From an uncultured virus (IMG/VR IMGVR_UViG_3300016464_000060) (lineage: Duplodnaviria; Heunggongvirae; Uroviricota; Caudoviricetes), in the IMG/VR virus record IMGVR_UViG_3300016464_000060, positions 1-64,000 of that record: 64,000 bases of DNA; one strand, given 5' to 3'. Shown here one piece after another: positions 36,986-46,500 of the stretch. Below the pieces are notes generated by a model that had not been told where the DNA came from, did no database searches, and worked only from the letters and a program-made list of their open reading frames with translations. The stretch's first letter is position 1, and each line of letters opens with the position of its first letter. Both the position numbers and the translations under genes were made by a program.

Positions 36986-38548
36986 ATGGAAATCATCGAA
37001 GACAAAGCACTCTTACTACGAACCAGAAGCCCAGATAAGTACAGCATCATCCCCCGCAGTCAAGTCGTTGAGCAATACGCTGACGGCTCTGCAGATGTCG
37101 CTGTCTTCTGGGGGCTGGACGAGGCGCGGGTATTAAAAAATATGGGGGTCAAGAACGTCCCCTCACCCATCACCAGACGCTACAACTGGCCGGGGCGACA
37201 CAAGCCTATGGCACATCAGATCGAAACGTCTGCGTTCCTCACACTACATCGCAAAGCGTTCGTGTTCTCCGAACCCGGCACGGGCAAGACGCTCTCAGCA
37301 TTGTGGGCGGCTGACTACTTGATGCAACGCGGTGAGGTGCGTCGCTGTTTGATCTTGTGTCCCTTGTCGATCATGCAGTCAGCGTGGATGCAGGACTTAA
37401 ACGCTAGCATCATCCACCGTAGCGCAGTCATTGCCCACCACCCACAGGCGGCACGGCGCATCGAGATGGTTCAGCAGAACTACGACTTCGTCATCACAAA
37501 CTACGAAGGGCTTAACTTAATTGCAGACGAGGTCAATGCCAACGGCAAGTTTGACTTAGTTATTGTGGACGAGGCCAACGCATACAAGACCGTGACCACC
37601 AGACGCTGGAAGGCGTTGCAGTCAATCATCAAGCCCGATACTTTGTTGTGGATGATGACGGGCACACCCGCCTCACAGTCGCCAGCCGATGCGTATGGCT
37701 TGGCTAAGTTGGTCAACCCCAACAACGTGCCTCGATTCTTTACTGCTTGGCGTGATCAAGTGATGAACAAAATTACCCAGTTCAAGTGGGCACCAAAGGC
37801 TAACGCTACCGAGACAGTCCATGCCGCGCTACAACCCGCTATTAGGTTCACCAAAGACCAATGCTTGGACTTACCGCCCGTCATCACCATGACCCGCGAG
37901 GTGCCCCTAACACCACAGCAAAAGAAATACTACGAGTTGCTCAAGGAGCGCATGCTCATCCAAGCCGCAGGCGAGACGATCAGCGCAGTCAACGCGGCGG
38001 CAGGCGTGTCCAAGCTGTTGCAAATTTCCTGTGGTGCTGCCTACACCGATGATGGTGAGGTGGTGGAGTTTGACGCAACGCCTCGCCTGTCGGTGCTAGA
38101 AGAAATCTTGGAAGAGACTTCGCGCAAGGTGATTGTGTTTGCTATGTTTACAAGCAGTATCGACGCCATCATTAACCACCTCAACAAGCAAGGCATAGCA
38201 GCCGAGATGATTCGTGGGGACGTACCGGCATCCAAGCGTGGTGACATCATCCGCAGATTCCAGAATGACCCCGAACCCCGCATCCTTGTGATGCAACCGC
38301 AAGCAACTGCACACGGCATTACTTTGACTGCCGCTGACACAGTTGTGTTCTATGGCCCATTGATGTCGGTGGAGCAGTACATCCAATGTATTGCCCGCGC
38401 TGATCGCAAGGGTCAGACGTCCGACAAGGTTACTGTTATGCACATAGAGAGTAGCCCGATAGAGAAGAAGATGTTTAAAGCATTGACTTCCAAGGTGAGC
38501 GACCACTCACTATTGACCCAGTTATTCGAGAGCGAAATTAAATCTTGA
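36986..38548 (+). CDS. SNF2-family helicase
   Basis: EPGTGKT, IVDEA, MTGTP, HGITL, QCIARADRKGQ. Confidence 0.9.
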   Translation: MEIIEDKALLLRTRSPDKYSIIPRSQVVEQYADGSADVAVFWGLDEARVLKNMGVKNVPSPITRRYNWPGRHKPMAHQIETSAFLTLHRKAFVFSEPGTGKTLSALWAADYLMQRGEVRRCLILCPLSIMQSAWMQDLNASIIHRSAVIAHHPQAARRIEMVQQNYDFVITNYEGLNLIADEVNANGKFDLVIVDEANAYKTVTTRRWKALQSIIKPDTLLWMMTGTPASQSPADAYGLAKLVNPNNVPRFFTAWRDQVMNKITQFKWAPKANATETVHAALQPAIRFTKDQCLDLPPVITMTREVPLTPQQKKYYELLKERMLIQAAGETISAVNAAAGVSKLLQISCGAAYTDDGEVVEFDATPRLSVLEEILEETSRKVIVFAMFTSSIDAIINHLNKQGIAAEMIRGDVPASKRGDIIRRFQNDPEPRILVMQPQATAHGITLTAADTVVFYGPLMSVEQYIQCIARADRKGQTSDKVTVMHIESSPIEKKMFKALTSKVSDHSLLTQLFESEIKS

Positions 38549-38554
38549 AAGGAG

Positions 38555-38598
38555 TTTGCAAACAATTTAATTTCATGTACACTGTCAAACCTTAGACA
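38555..38598 (+). promoter_or_regulatory. Sigma70-like promoter with palindrome family B copy 3 at the start site
   Basis: TTTGCA(A)...TACACT (38578) then TGTCAAACCTTAGACA (38583-38598). Confidence 0.55.
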
Positions 38599-38618
38599 AA
38601 CATCAGGAGAAAACAACA

Positions 38619-39026
38619 ATGAGTGAACAACAAATACCACTCGACAAATTAGCAAAGGTCTACCGCAAAATGCGCGACCAGATTTCGGAGTTGACCAAAG
38701 AGTACGACACGCAAGTGGAGTTGCTCAAGGCTCAGCAAGAAGAGATCAAGAACGCTATGAAAGAACAGATGCAAGCACTCGGCGTAACGTCTGTTCGCAC
38801 TGACCAAGGCACAGTAGTTCTGTCTGTCAAGACGCGCTACTCAACCGCCGACTGGGACTCATTCAAGAAGTTTGTGATGGAGCACGATGCGCTCGACTTG
38901 TTCGAGAAGCGGATTGCCCAGACCAACATGAAGCAGTTCCTAGAAGAAAACCCCGGTGTCGTACCGCCGGGTCTGAACTCCAACTCGGAGTATGACATTT
39001 CGGTACGCAAACCTTCAGCAAAGTGA
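38619..39026 (+). CDS. Conserved replication-module coiled-coil protein
   Basis: Coiled coil, SVRTDQGTV, DWDSF, VPPGL. Confidence 0.65.
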   Translation: MSEQQIPLDKLAKVYRKMRDQISELTKEYDTQVELLKAQQEEIKNAMKEQMQALGVTSVRTDQGTVVLSVKTRYSTADWDSFKKFVMEHDALDLFEKRIAQTNMKQFLEENPGVVPPGLNSNSEYDISVRKPSAK

Positions 39027-39034
39027 GAAACTAA

Positions 39035-39985
39035 ATGAGCAACGTAGCAGTATTTAATCCATCCAAACTCCCCGCCTTTGCACGCACAGGCGAACTCTCT
39101 GACGTAGCCAAAGCCCTAGCCGGTGGTGGCGCGGGTAACGCAGGCAAGCGTATATCTATCAAGGGCGGTGTGTTCCGTCTCTTGTCTGGTGGCAAGGAAG
39201 TTGCCGCTATCGACGAGCGCTTCCTCGATGTGGTAATCGTCAAGGCCGCGCCTAAAGTCGCACGTACCTTCTACATGGCCAAGTACGATGGCGAGACAGC
39301 CGCCGCCCCTGACTGCTGGTCAAATGACGGGGACAAGCCAGACGCTAAGTCACGCAACATCCAGTCTGATACCTGTGCAAGTTGCCCACAAAACGTGGCG
39401 GGGTCGGGTAATGGGCAAAGCCGTGCTTGCCGTTACCAACAGCGCCTTGCTGTGGTCTTGGCTAACAACGTCGAGGGTGACGTGATGCAGTTGGCTCTGC
39501 CAGCGACATCCATATTCGGCAAGGAAGACGGCGAGAACCGCCCACTCCAAGCGTATGCCCGTTGGTTGGTCGCTCAGTCTGTTGACCCTAGCATGGTCGT
39601 GACCCGCATGAAGTTCGACACTAAAGCCGAAGCGCCTAAGTTGTTCTTCAAGGCTATGCGTTGGCTAACTGACGAAGAGTATGAAGTAGCCACTAAGCAA
39701 GGTGCGACAGACGATGCGGCCAAGGCAGTCGTGCTCAATGTGGCTACCCAAGACGGCAAGCCTGCTGACTCGCTCAAGGGTGCTGCACCCAAGGCCAAGG
39801 CTCCTGTGGTTGAGGAAGAGGACGAGGCTCCAGCGCCAGCACCCAAGGCCAAAGCCAAGGCTAAAGCCGAGCCTGTAGAGGACGATGAGGAGCCAACCGT
39901 GCGCAAGGAAGAGAAGAAGCCTAGCGCCGTGCCCGGCAAGAAGTCACTCGCTGACGTAGTTGGCGCGTGGGACGACGAAGACTAA
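39035..39985 (+). CDS. Probable single-stranded DNA-binding protein
   Basis: RISIKGGVF, PDCWSNDG, CASCPQN, ACR; flexible tail ending acidic WDDED. Confidence 0.65.
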   Translation: MSNVAVFNPSKLPAFARTGELSDVAKALAGGGAGNAGKRISIKGGVFRLLSGGKEVAAIDERFLDVVIVKAAPKVARTFYMAKYDGETAAAPDCWSNDGDKPDAKSRNIQSDTCASCPQNVAGSGNGQSRACRYQQRLAVVLANNVEGDVMQLALPATSIFGKEDGENRPLQAYARWLVAQSVDPSMVVTRMKFDTKAEAPKLFFKAMRWLTDEEYEVATKQGATDDAAKAVVLNVATQDGKPADSLKGAAPKAKAPVVEEEDEAPAPAPKAKAKAKAEPVEDDEEPTVRKEEKKPSAVPGKKSLADVVGAWDDED

Positions 39986-39994
39986 AAAGGATTC

Positions 39995-40060
39995 GGGGGG
40001 AAAGCGGATGCTGACAGGTCTAGATTGGACTCCTGACTGTTGGACGTAGCGAGTACCCCC
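39995..40060 (+). ncRNA. Candidate structured RNA with bulged-G (loop E/sarcin-ricin-like) motif
   Basis: GGGGG-GAAA-GC...GC-GAGTA-CCCCC outer stem; inner CTGACAG/CTGTTGG and GTCTA/TGGAC. Confidence 0.45.
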
Positions 40061-40070
40061 ACCCCACACC

Positions 40071-40349
40071 ATGCCCTACTCACAAAAAATCATTGACGAA
40101 ATTGCGAAGACGCCCAAGTCGCTGGGAACCCAGCTTGGGCGTTGGGCGATTCACCATGACTTCTCGGTCGTGCGTATATCCAAAGCCTTGGGTGTCACGC
40201 GCCAAACTGTGTACAACTGGTTCTTGGGTAAGGACATCTTCCCCGCCTACGTGTACCGCGCAGAAGTCCTGCTCGAAATATTACAAAAATCAAAATCAGC
40301 CGACGAGGCTTGGAGAGAAACATGCAAAGTTTTCAACCTAGAAACTTGA
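40071..40349 (+). CDS. Cro/XRE-like HTH protein
   Basis: VVRISKALGVTRQTVYNWFLG. Confidence 0.8.
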   Translation: MPYSQKIIDEIAKTPKSLGTQLGRWAIHHDFSVVRISKALGVTRQTVYNWFLGKDIFPAYVYRAEVLLEILQKSKSADEAWRETCKVFNLET

Positions 40350-40504
40350 CCAACAGCGAACTCATCAACCAGTGTGCGCTAATTCTTGACAGAGAAGATT
40401 TGCCCACTGCGTTCCAACACGAACTGCTTAGACGCTTCACGGCGCTTGCACCGTTGGACGAGTTCCCACCAAAAGACCCCGCACAAAAAGACCTCTTCCT
40501 GTAA
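40322..40504 (+). CDS. Small hypothetical protein
   Basis: MQSFQPRNLTNSELI after GGAG. Confidence 0.5.
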   Translation: MQSFQPRNLTNSELINQCALILDREDLPTAFQHELLRRFTALAPLDEFPPKDPAQKDLFL

Positions 40505-40521
40505 TCAACCCAAGGACTTAA

Positions 40522-43419
40522 ATGAATCCGCTTGAATTCCTTGCGGTTGTTTTGCCGTCTGCGGGTCACGGAAGTTACTGCGCGGCAGAGTTAACTAAGA
40601 AAAAAGAGCACCTATTCGTCGAGCACTTGGACGATTTCTACCCCAAGGTGGACACTTGGGTTGCCAACGAATGCGATGTCTTCTTTGCGCTGGCTACCTT
40701 TGATGAGAACAACAAACGTAAGGCCGAGAACGCCCGCTTTATCAAGGCGCTGTTCATTGACATGGACGGCTACGCCACCAAGAAGCAGGCCGCATACGCG
40801 CTCAAAGCGTTCCTTGCCGAAACTGGGTTGGACATACTGGGCTCGCCTTGGATTGTCGGCTCTGGTGGTGGACTGCATTGCTATTGGCCGTTTGAAGAAG
40901 CCGTCGAGATTGAGGAGTGGAAGCCCCTTGCCGAGAACTTTAAACGCCTGTGCAAGCAACAAAAGCTAAGCATCGACATGACCGTGACGGCTGACGCCGC
41001 CCGTGTGCTACGCATACCCGAGACGACCAACTTTAAGAAGAAGTACGAAACCCCACGCCCAGTCAGACTGCTGGCAGAGGGTGACATATTTAACTTTGAG
41101 AGTTTGAAAGCTCACGTAGTGAGCCAGTTAAAGAGTATTGCACCAGCACCGACAGCGTCAGCCATTCCGGGCAAACGCCCAACCAACGCCCCAGTTGTAC
41201 AACCATCAACGACTGCCGTGACGCTGTTTGAGAACAGCACGACTAAGTTCGCCAAAATCTTAAAGCGCACCAAGGACGGCACGGGATGTGCACAGTTACG
41301 CTACTACGCAGAGAACGCTAGTGACGAGGGCATGGAGCCGTTGTGGCGTGGGTGGTTGAGCATTGCACAGAAGTGTCAGGACGCACCGAAGGCCGCCATA
41401 TGGTTGACCGAGTTGCACCCATACACCGAAGAACGCATGCACCAGAAGCTGGCAGAGATCAAGGGACCCTATCCTTGCGTCAAGTTCGATAGCGAGAACC
41501 CCGGCATTTGTGACGGGTGCCCCCACTTTGGCAAGATAACCAACCCACTAGCGCTTGGACGAGAACTGATGCTAGACACATCGGTTAAAGAAATTGAAGT
41601 CCATGTAACCACGGATAGCCCATCCATAAACGAGGAAGTTCGTAAAGTCCTTCGCCCCACCCCTCCCAAGGGCTATGCCTATGGTGCACGGGGTGGGGTA
41701 TTTATGGAGAAAGAAGATGTGGATGCCGAAGGCAACAAGACCAAGCGCCAGATCATGATCTTGCCCCACGAGTTATTCGTGGTGGATATCCTGCGGCACA
41801 ACGGGGAGCACACGGTGCATATGCTGAGCCTACGCCCCGATGGGGTGGAGACAGTCACGATGTCACAGAAGGCGGTAGTCAGTAAAGACGAAACCGTCAA
41901 AGCGCTTGCGCTTCAAAACATTATTGCTTCGTATGGTGCGGGCAATGACAAAAACTTATTTGATTATGTGCGGGCTTGTGTCGAACAGGCAAGCACAGGA
42001 AAGGCTCCCGTGAGAGTACCCACTAACTACGGCTGGCAAGAGAACGATACGTTCGTGTTTGCTGGCAAGATTTTCTCTAAGGGTTTACCCCCAGTATCCG
42101 TGCCTATGCCCGGCTTAGAGAACATCGTATCCAACACCAAACCCACAGGAACGATTGAGGCATGGCGCTCATTTGTGCAGATGCTAGTCAAGAAAGGAAT
42201 GTGGGAGCATTTGACGATCATGCTGGCAGGAGCCAGCGCTCCGTTGATGCGCTTCACAGGTATCTATGGCATTACATACCACTGCGGTTCAACCGAGTCA
42301 GGCACAGGCAAGTCGTTGGCGCTTGAGGCTGCCGCCTCTATTTGGGGTCACCCAGTCCACTACAGAACGGGCAAGAGCACTTCGCCCGTGGCCATGCAAC
42401 AGCGCCTTGGATTGCTGTGCAGTATGCCCCTGATAACGGACGAGTTGACCAGCAAGAACCGCGCTAACTTTGAATGGTTGCCTGAGTTCCTACTGGATAT
42501 GACAGAAGGGCGGGGCAAGGAGCGTATGGAGTCAGGCGCTAACAAGGAGCGTATCAACCTCTCCACATGGATGACCAACGCCATCATGTCATCCAATACC
42601 CACGTAGTAGACGGCTTGACTGGTGGACGCAAGCACTCGTCTGAGGGCGAGTTGCGCCGTTTGCTGGAATTTATCCTGACCCAAGAGTTAACTTGGGAGC
42701 CATACGAGATTGAGATCATCAAGTCCCTGCACAATAACTACGCAGTCGCTGGCTACATGCTGTCGCAGTACATGGTGGACAACCTAGATCGTCTGCATAC
42801 GCTCGTGCCTGAGTCAGTTACGCAGATGTACAAGGAGTTCGGGGCTACCAACGACGAGCGTTTCTGGATGGCCGGCATCGGCACCATCGTCACAGCGGCG
42901 ATCATTATGGGGGACGCTGGCATCGTCAACATTCCTGTTAAGCCTATCATTGCTTGTTTGAAGAAAGTTGTGTCCTCGATGCGGGGCAACATTAAAGCCA
43001 ACGCCCGCAATGCAGAAGATGTGCTCAACTCATATGTGCGCGAGAACTACGGCCACTTTATTGTGGTGCGTAACCTAGAGTCGGGCATCTTGGCAGAACT
43101 AGGCGGGGGTGGAGAAGTTGACAAAGCCACAACACGCTCGGAGATTATGGGTCGCGTAGAGCACGGGTTTACACCAGACCACATAGACTTTTATATTGAG
43201 GAGCAACTGCTTAAAGCCTACTGTTCGTCAATGAGTTTTGGGTATGCCGACTTTAAGCGTCAGTTAGCGGCGCAGTTTACCGTGTCGCATATGGCTAAGA
43301 AAGACATGACGGCTAAGACGCAGGGACCCCAAATGCGTGTGGGTGTGTTAAAAATAAGCCGTCGCATTTCTGATATGGACGATGAAGCTAAAAATACATT
43401 ATCCGTGGGATCAGACTGA
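40522..43419 (+). CDS. Primase-helicase fusion (RepB-like primase, Zn-binding region, DUF927-type helicase)
   Basis: LFIDMD, SGGGLHCYW, DAARVLRIP, EPLW, CDGCPH, SGTGKS, LITDE. Confidence 0.85.
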   Translation: MNPLEFLAVVLPSAGHGSYCAAELTKKKEHLFVEHLDDFYPKVDTWVANECDVFFALATFDENNKRKAENARFIKALFIDMDGYATKKQAAYALKAFLAETGLDILGSPWIVGSGGGLHCYWPFEEAVEIEEWKPLAENFKRLCKQQKLSIDMTVTADAARVLRIPETTNFKKKYETPRPVRLLAEGDIFNFESLKAHVVSQLKSIAPAPTASAIPGKRPTNAPVVQPSTTAVTLFENSTTKFAKILKRTKDGTGCAQLRYYAENASDEGMEPLWRGWLSIAQKCQDAPKAAIWLTELHPYTEERMHQKLAEIKGPYPCVKFDSENPGICDGCPHFGKITNPLALGRELMLDTSVKEIEVHVTTDSPSINEEVRKVLRPTPPKGYAYGARGGVFMEKEDVDAEGNKTKRQIMILPHELFVVDILRHNGEHTVHMLSLRPDGVETVTMSQKAVVSKDETVKALALQNIIASYGAGNDKNLFDYVRACVEQASTGKAPVRVPTNYGWQENDTFVFAGKIFSKGLPPVSVPMPGLENIVSNTKPTGTIEAWRSFVQMLVKKGMWEHLTIMLAGASAPLMRFTGIYGITYHCGSTESGTGKSLALEAAASIWGHPVHYRTGKSTSPVAMQQRLGLLCSMPLITDELTSKNRANFEWLPEFLLDMTEGRGKERMESGANKERINLSTWMTNAIMSSNTHVVDGLTGGRKHSSEGELRRLLEFILTQELTWEPYEIEIIKSLHNNYAVAGYMLSQYMVDNLDRLHTLVPESVTQMYKEFGATNDERFWMAGIGTIVTAAIIMGDAGIVNIPVKPIIACLKKVVSSMRGNIKANARNAEDVLNSYVRENYGHFIVVRNLESGILAELGGGGEVDKATTRSEIMGRVEHGFTPDHIDFYIEEQLLKAYCSSMSFGYADFKRQLAAQFTVSHMAKKDMTAKTQGPQMRVGVLKISRRISDMDDEAKNTLSVGSD

Positions 43420-43594
43420 GAGGGGGCAGGGGTTCTTTATCCCCTGCCTTGATACGGACGGCGTGCGTGAAGAGGGATTAAAGCAGGCAGTACGCCTGCG
43501 TATCCTCGATGCCAAAGCCTACCCCGCAGTTCGCAACGACCTTATTGGGGTATGGTTTTATCGGCCACCTCACGCATCCCAGAAGCAAACTTGA
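43382..43594 (+). CDS. Small hypothetical protein, last gene of plus-strand arm
   Basis: YPW...GQGFFIPCLD. Confidence 0.55.
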   Translation: MKLKIHYPWDQTERGQGFFIPCLDTDGVREEGLKQAVRLRILDAKAYPAVRNDLIGVWFYRPPHASQKQT

Positions 43595-46500
43595 TCTTGG
43601 TTTGACGAACCTTGTCGAGTTGCTGGCGCTTTTCGATGGGTGACAAGTTAGATGCGCGGATGGCTGTCTCGTATTGAGTTAGTTCCCGTATTGTTGAAGT
43701 GTAGTAGTCAGCCATTTCGGATGCCATGTACTCGTTGCCCCGCTTCTGTAAGAGCGCCATAGCCTCTGCGCGTTGACCTTTTAATAGCATGTCGTCCACA
43801 GTGTTCTGCACCTTTTGGACTTCTAGCATGCGGTCATACATGTTTGTAATGATCGCACCAGCATCGTTAGGCTGGAACGCACCACCAATCAAAGGCATTT
43901 CGGACAAGCGCTTGTACGCTTTTTCTGGCGTGCCTGTAGGGCTGTAGCCAATACTCAGGGCTTGCATCAAAGCCAAACCTAAACCGCCTGTGTAGCCTTG
44001 CACCAAGTGCTCGATCATGATGGGCGACACGCCACCCGCTTTGCCCAAAGACTTGGCTATTTCAGAAGTCTGTTCGCGGAACTGCTGTTCTGGGAGCAGG
44101 CTCTTTTCTTGTGCCGACAAAATGTCGCGGCCTGTGTAGAACGACTTGCCCAGTTTGGCTTCGACATATGGCTTGAGTGCCTGTGGAATTCCGTAGGATG
44201 TACCGCCCGGAATAGTTTGCAACAAGATTTGTTCAAACGCTTTTACTGCGTCTTCGCCGCCGTGTTTATCAACCATCGAGTTATACAACGCTTCTGGCAG
44301 CGCTTTAAAGATATAGCCAATCTCAAACGGAACAGGCAAACGCACAGGCTCATCAACACCCGGCACACGTATAAACCAGTTGCCGTATTTTTGGTCAGGC
44401 GTAGCGTTTTTGTATGCTTCGTCGTCTTGCATCATTGCGGTGTACGCCAGCGTACCAGCCGCCAACATCATGCCTCGGGTCAGCAGTTTTTCTTGAATCT
44501 TCAAACGCTCGTTGAATGGCATCTTGCCAAACAACGACTTGTACAGCACATTGAGTGACTGAATCTGTGCGTTAAAGAAAGGAATCAGCGACGAAATAAT
44601 GTGGATGCTAGGTGACGCACCCCGCTTGTTAAAGTTCATGGACTCTAACGCCATCAGCGTAGCTTCCATCTCAGACAAACCTTGTTTGATGTAGCTGTTG
44701 TACTGAGCGCGGCGGGTTGTCGCATCTGCCTCCATCGTCATGGCTTCCCACTTAGACAAACTGTTTAACCAGCCCGGCTTGTTTTCAGACATGCGCTTCA
44801 AGATCATGGTCAGGTCTTCGGTTGTACCTGTAAAGATTTGACCGCCAGTAATACCACGGGACTCCAAAACGCCTTTGGTTGGGCTACCAATTTCTTTAAG
44901 TGCGCCCATGACAGGTGAAAAGTTAGCGCCAGCCAAAATAGGGGCGGCCAACGAATCACGGAACAACTGCTTAGCGCTATACAACGGAAGTGCCGTCACA
45001 GCTTTACGTAACAACCTAGCCGGCGCGCCCATCGCACGGAATATGACTGGCATCTGCGTTGGGATACCTTCCATGCCCTTAACAAGCAAATCGCCCGGAA
45101 TTTCGCGTGTGCCTTGGATCATGGCGTATTTATCAACACCATCGACCTTAAACTTAACAATGTTGGGGCCGTCAGTTCTACCAACAAACTTAGCCAAATC
45201 AATACTTTCTAACTCAAACACTGCGTTTTTGGTTGCCATATTGCGCAACGCCATGTCCACAATCATGTTTGTGTTTTGCACAGAGCTTGTTAAAAAGTCT
45301 AGGATCGGTCTATCGCCACCAATTAACTGATGCAAGTATGGCTGTTCGGCAATGCTTCCAATACGGATAGGCGTTTCTTTTCCAATGATTAGCTCAGCAA
45401 CGCCGTTGCGCTCACGATACCAAGGAATGTAGTCGTCGTTCTTAACAAGGTCAGCCGCTACTTCTTTAGTAATAACACCTGTTCGCTCCAGCAACTTAAT
45501 CAAGTTTCTGTTGTATGCGTTGTACTCTTTGCGGGCACGGTCAAAGTTAGCTTTCAAACCGGGCGTTGCTTCAATCGCACGCATCGCTTGGTCAAGCTGT
45601 GCTTGTGTTACTTTGCCACCAAAGTTAAGAGCATCAAGCCCCTTGTCTTTGGCACGGATAGCCGACATGTATAGCGTAAACAAACGCTGGGCGGCTTCTG
45701 GGCTGCCGGCTGGCGCATCTTTTAAAATGTTAACCACGCTCTTAATGCTTGGACCCGCTTTGCTGGCAAATATATGTTCCGTTCTACCGTCTTTGCGAAC
45801 AATGTCTTGCAACTCAATAGCGCCATTGCCAACAGACTGAGCCGTAAAGTTCATGCGTTGGTCGTACATACGCAAGTAGTACATCATTTGGCTGCCTTTA
45901 AGCGGCTCCATTACTTTGGATAGACGCTCAAAACCTGCAAACCTATCAACCAACTGAGTTTCAAACGCTACGCCAGAGCCATTTGCTCTGACGCTGTCAT
46001 ACCAACTCTTATCTGTTGCAATAGCGGCGTCAGATGTGCGACCTGCCTCGGCCAAAAGCCCGTTGGCGTAACGAACTGCTTCACTCTTCATAGCCAGCAT
46101 GCCGGTTGGGGACACGTAAGTACCAGCCAACTCTTGCTGCATCTTGCGTGTGGCTTGGAACAGTGTGTAATACAAATCGTTTGTAGACACGTTGGCGGCG
46201 TTCATTAGCCCCATGCTCTTTAGTGCGCTACGAATAGCGCCAAGAATAACTTTGATATAACGCCCCATCTTTTCAACAAAAGACTCGTCGACAGTGCGCT
46301 CTTGCAAAGTAGCCAACATTTCGCGCACAGCCTGCACTTCACCAATACGACGCAACTTTGCCGCTTCTTCCACGTTGCCTTTGGCTTCTGCAGCCAATGC
46401 TTTGTTTTCCCACGCTTGAGCAGTTTTGGCAACATCAGACTCAACGCCCAACGCCTCGGCCATGCCGTATATACCGCCTTCAGAAGTGCGGATGGCCTTA

